DNA of 64,000 nt from Bacilli bacterium (GTDB lineage: Bacteria > Bacillota_I > Bacilli_A > RF39 > UBA660): positions 14,039 through 78,038 of the forward strand of contig JAQWBL010000003.1 in assembly GCA_028706395.1 (NCBI GenBank), written 5' to 3'. Positions 16,386 through 25,642 of this stretch are shown here, piece after piece. The first letter of the stretch is position 1. The number at the start of each line of letters is the position of its first letter. A model generated the notes under the pieces. The model saw only the letters and a program-made list of their open reading frames with translations, was not told the DNA's origin and did not search any database. A program made the translations under genes and the position numbers.

Positions 16386-16814
16386 ATGGCAATAATAAAA
16401 TATACAGATAGTGAAAGAGATTTATTAGCAAGACTAATGAGGGCCGAAGCTGTTGGTGAAGGCGATTTAGGAATGCTTATGGTTGGCAACGTTGCAGTTA
16501 ACAGGGGTATTGCAGATTGTTTAACTTTCAGAGATATTAGAACCATTTCCCAAGTAATTTATCAAACCCCTGGTGGCTTTTCTGGTAAAGATAGTCCCTT
16601 ATTCTTTAGTGCTCCTACGAGTTCTGAACGAAACCTTGCAAACTTAGTATTAGAAGGAAAATATTTTCATCCCGCTACCCATGCTTTATGGTTTTATTCC
16701 CCCAAAACAGGTGAGAATTGTAGTCCAACTTGGTGGGAACAAAGATTAAGTGGGAGATATAAAAGTCATTGCTTTTATATACCAGATCCTTCTGTATGTA
16801 AACAAATAAGATAA
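16386..16814 (+). CDS. spore cortex-lytic enzyme family protein (CwlJ/SleB catalytic domain, Hydrolase_2)
   Basis: 142 aa. DLLARLMRAEAVGEGDLGMLMVGNVAVNR, PGGFSG, ALWFYSP. Confidence 0.8.
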   Translation: MAIIKYTDSERDLLARLMRAEAVGEGDLGMLMVGNVAVNRGIADCLTFRDIRTISQVIYQTPGGFSGKDSPLFFSAPTSSERNLANLVLEGKYFHPATHALWFYSPKTGENCSPTWWEQRLSGRYKSHCFYIPDPSVCKQIR

Positions 16815-16815
16815 A

Positions 16816-16845
16816 AAAGATTGAAATATCAAGTTCAATCTTTTT
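16816..16845. terminator. bidirectional terminator between convergent lytic-enzyme genes
   Basis: AAAGATTGAA / TTCAATCTTT, perfect 10-bp stem. Overlaps the amidase stop codon. Confidence 0.75.
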
Positions 16846-18229
16846 ATATTATCAGTATCTGACCAATGCTTAAATTATTAGTTTTTAATCCGTTTTTATT
16901 TTTAATTGATGCTACTGTTGTATTAAATTCTCTTGCTATAGCATATAAATTATCGCCACTTTTTACAACATAAGTAGTCGGCGTATCTGAAACAGGAATT
17001 CTTAACCTTTGGCCAATACTTAAACTATTAGAACTTAAGTTATTGGCATTTAATATATCATTAACTGTTGTGTTATACCTTCTTGCTATCGCATATAAGT
17101 TATCACCACTTTTAACAATGTAATCGATATAATTTGGACTAGGAACTGATGGTTCAGTTGGTACTTGACCATCAGCGGGAACTCTTATTTCTTGACCTAA
17201 ACTTAGTAGGTTACTACTTAAATTATTAATACTCATTAATTCATTAACGGTTGTGTTATACCTTCTTGCTATCGCATATAAATTATCTCCTGATTGAACC
17301 CTATATATTAGATAGTCACCACTAGGTTGTTCAACGGGTGGAATAGCAACTTCACTTGGGATTAATATTTGTTGACCAATACTCAAACTTGTTGAACTTA
17401 AATTATTGAAATCAACTAACTCGCTAACTGTTGTATTATAGTTCCTTGCTATAGAGTATAAACTATCACCGGCTTTTACTGTATAAACAACATATTCTCC
17501 AGTTGTTGGCGGTTCTTCCATTTGTGGAATTCTTAATACTTGACCTATTGTTAACAAGTTATTACTTAAATTGTTAGCGGCTTTTAATTCTTCTACTGTA
17601 ACATTAAGGGATCGAGCAATTGACCATAAACTGTCACCACTTTTAACAACATATACATTAGCACCCTCTGGTGGTGTATATGGTAATCTTCTATATTGCA
17701 TCACTGCTTTAACAACTGCTTCAGCATAATCATCTGAAAAGTTTTTAAGTTGCGTAACATCATCTAATGGACTATCTAAAAATCCATATTCAACCGTTAC
17801 AGCTTGAGTTGGACTTGTTTCTCTTTGAATAAAATAGTAATCTTTGGATGGATCTGATGGTAGTCTTCGTTGATAAGCCCTTCTTATATTTTGACCAGTT
17901 TTTGCAATTTCAGATAAAATCATATCTGCTAAGGTACTATTATTTCTAAGTGCATATATTACTTCAGCACCATCTCCACCTCCAGCATTTATATGATTCG
18001 ATATCACAATTACATTGGGATTAGCCCCATAAGCATTCATAATACGATTTACTCTATCAGTTGGATTTAATGTTTCATCAGTCGTTCTTGTCATCGTCAC
18101 TGGAACACCTAATTCTTGAAAACGATTAGCCATATACTGTGAAATTTCCAAGTTTAAATCTTTTTCAATAATTCCATTACCAACAGCACCAGAATCACTA
18201 CCCCCATGACCAGCATCTATTACAATCAT
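16844..18229 (-). CDS. N-acetylmuramoyl-L-alanine amidase (Amidase_3) with five C-terminal LysM repeats, no signal peptide
   Basis: 461 aa. Begins directly with MIVIDAGHGGSDSGAVGNG (CwlC/endolysin-like). Five copies follow of Y.VKSGD.LY.IAR.YNTTV..L...NNLSS..L.IGQ.L.IP. Confidence 0.9.
   Translation of the reverse strand: MIVIDAGHGGSDSGAVGNGIIEKDLNLEISQYMANRFQELGVPVTMTRTTDETLNPTDRVNRIMNAYGANPNVIVISNHINAGGGDGAEVIYALRNNSTLADMILSEIAKTGQNIRRAYQRRLPSDPSKDYYFIQRETSPTQAVTVEYGFLDSPLDDVTQLKNFSDDYAEAVVKAVMQYRRLPYTPPEGANVYVVKSGDSLWSIARSLNVTVEELKAANNLSNNLLTIGQVLRIPQMEEPPTTGEYVVYTVKAGDSLYSIARNYNTTVSELVDFNNLSSTSLSIGQQILIPSEVAIPPVEQPSGDYLIYRVQSGDNLYAIARRYNTTVNELMSINNLSSNLLSLGQEIRVPADGQVPTEPSVPSPNYIDYIVKSGDNLYAIARRYNTTVNDILNANNLSSNSLSIGQRLRIPVSDTPTTYVVKSGDNLYAIAREFNTTVASIKNKNGLKTNNLSIGQILII
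16847..17653 (-). repeat. five tandem LysM-coding repeats with near-identical DNA stretches
   Basis: For example, CCTTCTTGCTATCGCATATAA(G/A)TTATC recurs around 17080 and 17262, with a close variant around 16930. Confidence 0.8.
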
Positions 18230-18292
18230 TTGTTACCTCCTTTATCATTATTTTATGATATTCAACTATTTTGGTTATAAATAACAAACATT

Positions 18293-18330
18293 TAATAAAA
18301 AAAACTGCTACATTTATTTATAACAGTTTT
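18293..18330 (-). terminator. intrinsic terminator after hisS
   Basis: AAAACTG...CAGTTTT outer stem with partial inner pairing. An 8-nt T-run follows on the minus strand. Confidence 0.55.
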
Positions 18331-18346
18331 GTTTTAGTTTTATATT

Positions 18347-19708
18347 TTATTTATCTATATTAATAATCGTTTCTTTGCTTAATTCTTCATTATTTTTTTT
18401 AACCATATTTATTGCTTCATCTAATGAAAAATTAAATTGTTCTCCTGTTTCCATATTTTTAATTGTTACCTTTTTTTCAGATATTTCATCTTCTCCTAAA
18501 AACAATACATATTTAATATTAGTTCTATTAGCATAACTAATTTTATTTTTAAACTTTTTATCTTCAAAATAAATTTGAGTTTTTATCTTATTATTTCTTA
18601 AAGTTGATGAAATATTAATAGCATATGATAAATCTTCAGTCATAGGAATAATTAAAACATCGGCTGGAGAATTATTTACATTGCTTATATAATCCATCTC
18701 ATTTAAAACATAAAACAATCTTGTTAATCCAATTGAAATACCTACTCCTGGTAAATTCTTATCAGTATAAAATTCAGCTAGGTTATCATATCTTCCTCCT
18801 GAACAAATACTACCAATTTCTGGATGTTTGTTAAAAATTGTTTCATATACAGTTCCAGTATAATAATCTAATCCACGAGCTATTGATAAATCAATTTTGT
18901 AGTTTTCTTTTGGTACTTGAAAATCAGCAATATATTTATTAATTAATTCTAACTCATTAATACCTTGATCAAATAGTTCGTTATTACCAGCAAATTTTTT
19001 CAAATTTGCTATCACTTCTTCATTAGTACCCTTTATTTTAATAAATTCTAATATTTTAGAACGACTTTCGTTTGATATTCCAATTTCTTGCAATTCAGTC
19101 ATGAAATTCTCTTCACCAATTTTTTCAATTTTATCAATAATCCTCATAACATCAACTGTTTTATCTTTAAGATTCAACATATTAAAAAAGCCCGATAAAA
19201 TTTTTCTATTATTAATTCTAATAGTAAAATCATTCAGTCCCAAACGACTAAATGTTTGATAGATAATACTAGGTATTTCAGCATCATTAATAATATTTAA
19301 TTCACCATCACCTATAATATCAATATCAGCCTGATAAAACTCTCTAAAGCGTCCCTTTTGAGCTCTTTCTCCACGATATACTTTACCTATTTGATATCTT
19401 TTAAATGGAAAAACAAGTTCATTATAATTTTTGGCAACATATTTAGCAAGAGGTACTGTCAAATCAAAACGCATGGTCAAATCAGTATCCCCTTTTAAAA
19501 AACGATATATTTGTTTTTCTGTTTCTCCTCCTGCTTTAGCAAGCAATACTTCTGATTTTTCTAAAATAGGAGTATCTAGTGGATAAAAACCATATAATCC
19601 GTAAACTTCTTTTAAAACCGTTTCTATTTTGTTAAATTTTACTTGTTCTTGTGGCAGTAACTCCATAAATCCTGATAAAGTACTAGGATTAACTTTATTA
19701 TTGTTCAT
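18347..19708 (-). CDS. hisS: histidine--tRNA ligase
   Basis: 453 aa. RFDLTVPLAKYV, YRGERAQKGRFREFYQADIDIIG (motif 2), GGRYDNL (motif 3), and a C-terminal anticodon-binding domain. Confidence 0.9.
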   Translation of the reverse strand: MNNNKVNPSTLSGFMELLPQEQVKFNKIETVLKEVYGLYGFYPLDTPILEKSEVLLAKAGGETEKQIYRFLKGDTDLTMRFDLTVPLAKYVAKNYNELVFPFKRYQIGKVYRGERAQKGRFREFYQADIDIIGDGELNIINDAEIPSIIYQTFSRLGLNDFTIRINNRKILSGFFNMLNLKDKTVDVMRIIDKIEKIGEENFMTELQEIGISNESRSKILEFIKIKGTNEEVIANLKKFAGNNELFDQGINELELINKYIADFQVPKENYKIDLSIARGLDYYTGTVYETIFNKHPEIGSICSGGRYDNLAEFYTDKNLPGVGISIGLTRLFYVLNEMDYISNVNNSPADVLIIPMTEDLSYAINISSTLRNNKIKTQIYFEDKKFKNKISYANRTNIKYVLFLGEDEISEKKVTIKNMETGEQFNFSLDEAINMVKKNNEELSKETIINIDK

Positions 19709-19759
19709 ATTTCACTCTCCCAATTGTTCCCGGTATTTTAGCACATTTTAAACTTAGTG

Positions 19760-20179
19760 TCAATTTTTATGACCCTTATTAATAGTCAATTGATAACATA
19801 TCAGACTAATATAAATCAAATTGAAATAAAATAAATTATTAGCAACAAATTTCATTCGGTAATAACTTCCGTTAACCTCATCTAATTGATGATATACGTT
19901 AGTAACAATCGAATTATCAAATATTCCTCTAAGCATGATAAACATAATAATTAAATTAGAAACAATAAAAATTAAGTTATATTTGTCGTTATAATTAATA
20001 TGTTTTAAGTCTTTAAGAGTGTTAAAAGCTGTTGTGGTTACAGCAATAACCACAATAAAATAAGCCAGGACAACATGTATTCCTTCAATTTGCGGTAGTC
20101 CATAAATGGTGCATGCAATAAACAAGAAAATATTTATTAAGAAGATTATATTTTTAGCAATAAATAATTTTTTACTCAT
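19760..20179 (-). CDS. hypothetical 4-TM membrane protein
   Basis: Track ORF 19760..20197. The ATG at 20177-20179 (MSKKLFIAKN) has SD GGTGA. Overlaps the upstream gene's end. Confidence 0.5.
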   Translation of the reverse strand: MSKKLFIAKNIIFLINIFLFIACTIYGLPQIEGIHVVLAYFIVVIAVTTTAFNTLKDLKHINYNDKYNLIFIVSNLIIMFIMLRGIFDNSIVTNVYHQLDEVNGSYYRMKFVANNLFYFNLIYISLICYQLTINKGHKN

Positions 20180-20807
20180 TAATATCACCACTTTCAACGA
20201 CTAAGTTGCTTATATATTCAATGACATTTATTCTCATTGACAAATTATTCATAATAGCATTAATCATATAATTATCGTTATCTGATTTAATAAACTTATT
20301 AGGATATTGATAATTATTCATTAAAGGCTTCACATATTCACCTGAAGACATTAATAACAGATAAACATTTTCGATAAAATCATCAAGTCCAACATTTTCC
20401 TTATGGTTTGATAAAGTACGGCATTGTTCAATTGTACTTATAATTCCAACAGTAAAATTACCATTAACCATTTTAAATACTTCGACTTGACTCATTTTGT
20501 TTTCCTTTTCAGGAGCTTTCAAAAAATCTAACGAATCAATTTGTTCTACTTTATCAATTAAATCTTCTTTAATACCATTTAATTCTTCTTCCGTTAAATG
20601 GCTGTTAGTAAGCTTATCCATTTTTTTAATATTTTCTTTTATATTGTCTAATGATCTTTTAATTGATTCAATTTCAGGACCGTTCTTAAAATTATAAGAA
20701 TATGATGTTGTTCTTAAATAAATAATATGCCCAATGTTACTAATGAATAAATAGCTACTAATTGTTAAAATGATTATTGTTAGTCCAATTTGTATATTTC
20801 TTTTCAT
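20172..20807 (-). CDS. hypothetical membrane-anchored protein (N-terminal TM, coiled-coil-like region)
   Basis: 211 aa, ORF track, SD AGGGTGG. No recognisable family. Confidence 0.55.
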   Translation of the reverse strand: MKRNIQIGLTIIILTISSYLFISNIGHIIYLRTTSYSYNFKNGPEIESIKRSLDNIKENIKKMDKLTNSHLTEEELNGIKEDLIDKVEQIDSLDFLKAPEKENKMSQVEVFKMVNGNFTVGIISTIEQCRTLSNHKENVGLDDFIENVYLLLMSSGEYVKPLMNNYQYPNKFIKSDNDNYMINAIMNNLSMRINVIEYISNLVVESGDINE

Positions 20808-20849
20808 TTATACCACCCTACTATAAATTATATCATAAAAGGATAATCA

Positions 20850-21941
20850 TTACTGACTATCCTCAACACTTTTGTCTAATTTTATCGAAATATCTTCAAT
20901 TTTCCCATCGCGATATACTTTAGTCGTAATTGTTTCGCCTATTTCATACTTAAATAACACAAATCTAAAATGAGCGATACCAGTTATTTTAGTGCCATTA
21001 ATTTCTAAAATAACATCAGCTTTTTTTAATCCTGCTACGGCTGCTGGTGTATTAGGTTGAACAGAAATAACCGCAATCCCATTTTCAAATGGTTCATCAT
21101 ATTGAATACCATTACGATATAAAGCATAGGTTTCAGTTGCATCCATTATTTCAACGCCTAGTAAAGGTCTTTTAATTTCTTCACCTTTTTCTAAGCGATC
21201 AACAGATGTCATTACTATTTCAATTGGAATAGCAAAACCCATACCTTCTATTTCATCTTCAACTAATTTTAAAGAGTTAACGCCAATAACCTCACCATTA
21301 ATATTTACTAATGGTCCACCACTATTACCAGGATTAATAGCAGCATCAGTTTGAATAACATCCATCATTAAACTACCATTAGACTGATCAACGGAAATGG
21401 TGCGATCTTTACCAGATAAGATTCCTTTAGTAACTGTTCCAATATATTCAGAACCAAGGGGTGATCCTACAGTAAATAATGTATCACCAAGTTTTAATTT
21501 GGTACTATCACCAATCTTAACAACTTTTAATACTGCTGATTGATCAATCGATAAAACAGCAATATCAGCATAAGCATCACTTCCTAATAAAGTGGCTTCA
21601 CTTTCTTCACCATTAATATCCAAAACTTTTATTGAATCAGAGTTTTCGATAACATGATGGTTAGTAATAATATATCCGTTTTTATTATCTTTTTTATAGA
21701 CAAAACCAGTACCTGTCCCAATCAATTGATTATTTCTATATGATTCAATTAATACAACTGCATCATAAACCTTTTCCACAGCAGGTTGAATAGAATCAGA
21801 TTCCGTTATTTCAACCTCCTTAATTGTTTTAATTACTTTCTCACCTTCAATAGGATAATATCTAATAACTAAATATGTTGATGTTACTCCTACAAAGAAT
21901 GCTAAAACAACTGTTGTAATATAAACTATTTTTTCACGCAT
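20850..21941 (-). CDS. htrA: HtrA/DegP-family serine protease (trypsin-like domain + PDZ)
   Basis: N-terminal TM, ITNHHV (His), GNSGGPLVN (Ser), C-terminal PDZ (AAVAGLKKADVILEINGTKI). Confidence 0.9.
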   Translation of the reverse strand: MREKIVYITTVVLAFFVGVTSTYLVIRYYPIEGEKVIKTIKEVEITESDSIQPAVEKVYDAVVLIESYRNNQLIGTGTGFVYKKDNKNGYIITNHHVIENSDSIKVLDINGEESEATLLGSDAYADIAVLSIDQSAVLKVVKIGDSTKLKLGDTLFTVGSPLGSEYIGTVTKGILSGKDRTISVDQSNGSLMMDVIQTDAAINPGNSGGPLVNINGEVIGVNSLKLVEDEIEGMGFAIPIEIVMTSVDRLEKGEEIKRPLLGVEIMDATETYALYRNGIQYDEPFENGIAVISVQPNTPAAVAGLKKADVILEINGTKITGIAHFRFVLFKYEIGETITTKVYRDGKIEDISIKLDKSVEDSQ

Positions 21942-21950
21942 AATATCACC

Positions 21951-22883
21951 TTATTCTATATTTATTATTTCTCGCCAATTATCAGGAAATCCAATTTTGT
22001 TTAAAATATTGTTTAATGGTACGGTATCTACTTTGCCATCTAAAACATCTATTTCATACCCTACTTCATATATTAATTGTCTAAACTCATCATTGGTCAG
22101 CATCTGCTTCATAATAATAACTAACGCATATAAATCATTTTTACCGAAATTATACTCATCATCAGTCATTTCAATATTCAATAAATAATGATATTTAGTA
22201 TCCGGAATTTTTCTTTGGGTACGATGATCATATAAGATATCTTCATGGGCACATAGATTTCTAAAATTTGAAAGAAGTGTGAGATAGATTGTTAAGGTTT
22301 CTCCATCTAAATCATAATTCTCAGATAGAGTTAATTGATCCTCTGGTTTTAATATACAATATAATTCTGATACAATCCCAAACGATAAAACCTTAACTAA
22401 AATCCACATCGGAATATACCCATAGTTACTTAGATAATGGACAGTCGCCGAATGTTGTTTCCCATTAACCCTAATTTGTCGTTTCATTTTATTTAAAACA
22501 TCATGAACTTGTTTTGTCCTATAACTATCTTGATTAAAGTTTTTAGGATCTAAATAGTTTTTCTCTTTAAATCCATACTTTTTAGATAATATATAACTAA
22601 TCTTAGACTTGATATTATTTTCAATTATTAAGATATATTTAAACATAATGTTTCTAATTCGTCGATCAAATAGAAAAGTTCCATATAACTCTTCAAAAGT
22701 TGTTCCTGGAAAAAATTGATGATCCTTATTGGAACGCATAAACAAATGTCTATAACCGTTTATAAAAAAATAATTTTCACGAAACAGAACATCCTTTGTA
22801 GTTTCTGGGTTTTCAATAATAAGACCTTTATTTCTTAATATTTCAACTTGCTCATCAAGCGTCTTAAATATCTTACTTCCCAT
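21951..22883 (-). CDS. Abi_2 family (AbiD/AbiF-like) abortive-infection protein with HEPN-type Rx4H motif
   Basis: 310 aa. KTLDEQVEILRNKGLIIENPE..NYFFINGYRHLF N-terminus typical of Abi_2. FRNLCAHEDILYDHR contains R-N-x3-H. Confidence 0.8.
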   Translation of the reverse strand: MGSKIFKTLDEQVEILRNKGLIIENPETTKDVLFRENYFFINGYRHLFMRSNKDHQFFPGTTFEELYGTFLFDRRIRNIMFKYILIIENNIKSKISYILSKKYGFKEKNYLDPKNFNQDSYRTKQVHDVLNKMKRQIRVNGKQHSATVHYLSNYGYIPMWILVKVLSFGIVSELYCILKPEDQLTLSENYDLDGETLTIYLTLLSNFRNLCAHEDILYDHRTQRKIPDTKYHYLLNIEMTDDEYNFGKNDLYALVIIMKQMLTNDEFRQLIYEVGYEIDVLDGKVDTVPLNNILNKIGFPDNWREIINIE

Positions 22884-22901
22884 CCTATCACCCTATTATA
22901 A

Positions 22902-22910
22902 ATTATAACA
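22902..22910 (-). promoter_or_regulatory. extended -10 promoter element (TGtTATAAT) upstream of the Abi_2 gene
   Basis: Minus strand reads ATGTTATAAT about 20 nt upstream of the ATG. No convincing -35. Confidence 0.4.
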
Positions 22911-22957
22911 TAATATTTATTTTTTTTATACACACAAACCAAAAAAATAAATTTTTT

Positions 22958-23620
22958 CTATTTTTCCAAAAACTTCACGATTCCACCAGCAATTACCCTT
23001 CCTAATTTCTTTTGATAGTATTCTTTTCTTAATAGATATCTCTCATTAGGATTACTTAAAAATCCTGCTTCAATTAAAATACCTGGTTGTTTTATTCGTT
23101 TATGAAGATACATCTCATCAGTCTTTGTATATTTTCTTTTAGTTCGAAAATGTCTTGATAATTCATTTTGCATAATTTTGGCCAATTCAATATTAGAATC
23201 ATTTACATCATCATAAAAAACTTGAGCACCATACCATACTGGTGATTCTAAAGCATTTAAATGAATCGAAATATATAAATCGCATCCAGAACGATTAATA
23301 ATATTACCCCTTCTGGATAAATCGCTTCGTTTACGATTTATGGCATTAGGAACACCTAAATCATAATCACCATATCTTGTCATATATACAATCGCTCCCA
23401 TTTCACCTAAAGTATCTTGTAAAGCAGTAGCAATTTGTAAATTAATATCTGATTCATATATATCCTTATAGATTGCCCCCGGATCGACCCCACCATGACC
23501 GGGATCAATATAAATAACTTTTCCAAACAAAGGAAATTGATTAGTTTTAGCATCAACAAAACCAATCAAACATAACCCAATTATAAAAATCGACAAACAA
23601 ATTACCCTATACTTAAGCAT
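22958..23620 (-). CDS. cwlD: germination-specific N-acetylmuramoyl-L-alanine amidase CwlD
   Basis: N-terminal signal/TM, YIDPGHGGVDPGA, RKRSDLSRR, YISIHLN. Located downstream of rpsI as in B. subtilis. Confidence 0.85.
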   Translation of the reverse strand: MLKYRVICLSIFIIGLCLIGFVDAKTNQFPLFGKVIYIDPGHGGVDPGAIYKDIYESDINLQIATALQDTLGEMGAIVYMTRYGDYDLGVPNAINRKRSDLSRRGNIINRSGCDLYISIHLNALESPVWYGAQVFYDDVNDSNIELAKIMQNELSRHFRTKRKYTKTDEMYLHKRIKQPGILIEAGFLSNPNERYLLRKEYYQKKLGRVIAGGIVKFLEK

Positions 23621-23660
23621 TTAATCACCTTATTAAGTATATTCTTATTATTTTTAAATA

Positions 23661-23690
23661 GAAAAAAACGTAACCGAAATTACGTTTTTC
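23661..23690. terminator. terminator after rpsI
   Basis: AAACGTAA-ccgaaa-TTACGTTT, perfect 8-bp stem with flanking A- and T-runs. Confidence 0.75.
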
Positions 23691-23700
23691 ATTATAATTA

Positions 23701-24120
23701 TTATCTCTTTGAGAATTGTGGTGCACGACGTGCCCCTTTAAGCCCTGGTTTTTTACGTTCTTTAATACGAGAATCTCTTGTAATAAATCCTGCTCTTTTT
23801 AAGATCTTTCTGAAACTAGTATCACTTTCAGGATCACTATTAACATCATATTCTAAAAGTGCTCTTGTGATTCCTAATCTGATTGCACCAGTTTGACCGT
23901 TAAATCCACCACCATTAACTTTTACATCAATATCGAATGCTTCGTCTGTGTTAGTTGCTACTAAAGGTTGTTTTAAATCCATAACATTTGTTTCATAAGG
24001 GAAAAATTCTCTTACATCAACTCCGTTAACAGTAATTTTGCCTTTACCAGGAACCATTTTTACTTGTGCGATAGAAGCTTTTCTTCTACCTGTTCCAATA
24101 AATACTTTTTTATCTGCCAT
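23701..24120 (-). CDS. rpsI: 30S ribosomal protein S9
   Basis: [12 protein letters not shown].., ..[11 protein letters not shown]. Confidence 0.95.
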   Translation of the reverse strand: MADKKVFIGTGRRKASIAQVKMVPGKGKITVNGVDVREFFPYETNVMDLKQPLVATNTDEAFDIDVKVNGGGFNGQTGAIRLGITRALLEYDVNSDPESDTSFRKILKRAGFITRDSRIKERKKPGLKGARRAPQFSKR

Positions 24121-24132
24121 TCAAAACCCTCC

Positions 24133-24567
24133 TTAATCCAATTTTAACTCAACTGGTTGTTGAGCTGTATGTGGGTGTTCCGCTCCCTCATACACGAATA
24201 ACTTTCTATACATTTGACGTCCTAATCTTCCATTAGGTAGCATTCCTTTGATTGATCTTTCAATCATTTCAACTGGATATTTTTCTTTCATAACACGAGC
24301 TGTTCTTTCTCTTAATCCACCTGGATAACCACTATGGTTATAGTAAACTTTTTTATCAAGTTTATTTCCAGTTAAATTAATTTTTGAAGCATTAATAACT
24401 ATAACAAAGTCACCACAATCGATATGCGGAGTAAATGTTGTTTTGTTTTTTCCTCTTAAGATGTGGGCTACTTTAGTAGCTAAACGTCCAAGATTTAAAC
24501 CATCAGCATCAATCACATACCAGTTACGATTAACTTCTTCTTTTTTTTGCATATATGTGTCTTTCAT
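24133..24567 (-). CDS. rplM: 50S ribosomal protein L13
   Basis: [45 protein letters not shown]. Confidence 0.95.
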   Translation of the reverse strand: MKDTYMQKKEEVNRNWYVIDADGLNLGRLATKVAHILRGKNKTTFTPHIDCGDFVIVINASKINLTGNKLDKKVYYNHSGYPGGLRERTARVMKEKYPVEMIERSIKGMLPNGRLGRQMYRKLFVYEGAEHPHTAQQPVELKLD

Positions 24568-24645
24568 ATAACTTTTCCTTCCTTTACTTATCTACTACAG
24601 TAAGTGGTCCCAACACCAACAGTAGATCGATATATAAAATGTACC
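24568..24645 (-). ncRNA. rplM 5' leader with hairpin (possible L13 autoregulatory leader)
   Basis: TCTACT (24591-24596) pairs with AGTAGA (24621-24626), enclosing a TGGT/ACCA inner stem. Lies between the predicted TSS and the SD. Identity with the Rfam L13 leader is not verifiable by eye. Confidence 0.3.
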
Positions 24646-24652
24646 AATTAAG

Positions 24653-24681
24653 ATAATACTAAATTTTATGACAATTGTCAA
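24653..24681 (-). promoter_or_regulatory. sigma-A promoter of rplM-rpsI
   Basis: Minus strand reads TTGACA (24676-24681), 17 nt, TATTAT (24653-24658). The -35 sits inside the perfect 12-bp palindrome TGACAATTGTCA (24669-24680). Confidence 0.6.
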
Positions 24682-24793
24682 TAAAAACATATACTTTTAA
24701 ACACTTTTTTACACTTTTAAGAGATATTTAGAGATTTGACTATTTTTTTCCCGTGTAGTAAAATATTTATTACTATGAGAGAGGAGATTTACT

Positions 24794-25642
24794 ATGACAA
24801 TTAAGAAAAATACTTTAATAATTATTATGACCTTTTTAGCACTTTTTAGTGCCACTACTTATATTATAGTTAACAATAATAAAAATGACGAACAAAGTAA
24901 ATTTATGAGTGAAAATGGCGAAAGTTCTAATACCACTGATAAAGTAAGTGATGTTTCTAATAATAAGGATAATGTAATCAATAACAAAAACAAACAAAAC
25001 ATTAACCCTAACACTAACAAGGATTTACCAGTAAGTTCAGATGAAAATATCATTAATGATTCTATCAATAATCCAGATAAATTAACAATCGAACCAATTA
25101 TCCCACAAGATAAACCACAAGTAGTTGAGCCTTCTTACAATAACATTAAAGAACCAGATTCTAATGTATCAAGTGTTAATAAAGAAGAGGAAGTTATTAG
25201 CTATTTTAGAACACTAGAATTAGAAACTATTGAAAATACTGAAGAAAGTAATTTTGATAAAGTAAAAGAAAAAATTAATAATGTCTTTTTTACAACTGTA
25301 GACTTCATTTTTTATGACAAACCAATTAAGGGGGTTACATTTGACGAGTTAACTTCTAAAACTAAACTTGAGATTTTAAATATTGCTAGTCGAATTGACA
25401 ACATGATAATTAAACAATTCCCTAACTATAAAAAAACAATAAAAGATGGTAGCAATAAAGCATATCAATTTACAGCTATTCAAATTGGAAACTTGCAAAA
25501 CACTATAAAAGAAGCAATTGGTGAGGATAACTATAACAAAGCTGCTGATTCGATTGAAAGTGGCAAGGATAAAGTGGTTGAAGTAAAAGATAATTTATTT
25601 ACCAACATTAAGAAATGGTATGAAAATCTCCGTGAAAACTAA
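24794..25642 (+). CDS. hypothetical membrane-anchored protein with Asn-rich low-complexity linker
   Basis: 282 aa, SD GAGAGGAG, N-terminal TM (LIIIMTFLALFSATTYIIV). An upstream TTGACT-17-TAAAAT promoter is present. No family recognised. Confidence 0.6.
   Translation: MTIKKNTLIIIMTFLALFSATTYIIVNNNKNDEQSKFMSENGESSNTTDKVSDVSNNKDNVINNKNKQNINPNTNKDLPVSSDENIINDSINNPDKLTIEPIIPQDKPQVVEPSYNNIKEPDSNVSSVNKEEEVISYFRTLELETIENTEESNFDKVKEKINNVFFTTVDFIFYDKPIKGVTFDELTSKTKLEILNIASRIDNMIIKQFPNYKKTIKDGSNKAYQFTAIQIGNLQNTIKEAIGEDNYNKAADSIESGKDKVVEVKDNLFTNIKKWYENLREN

Noticed and set aside
21942-22957. Similar sequences at the 5' ends of htrA and the Abi_2 gene (TATCACC..TATT..) as possible insertion-site direct repeats
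   Set aside because: The shared bases are essentially the SD (GGTGATA) plus AT-rich spacer of two start regions. The matches are short and imperfect, so this is not convincing as a target duplication.
13786-25068. Track ORFs 13786..13968, 20497..20697, 21997..22188 and 24859..25068
   Set aside because: They are antisense shadows of spoIID, the 211-aa gene, the Abi_2 gene and the Asn-rich protein gene.
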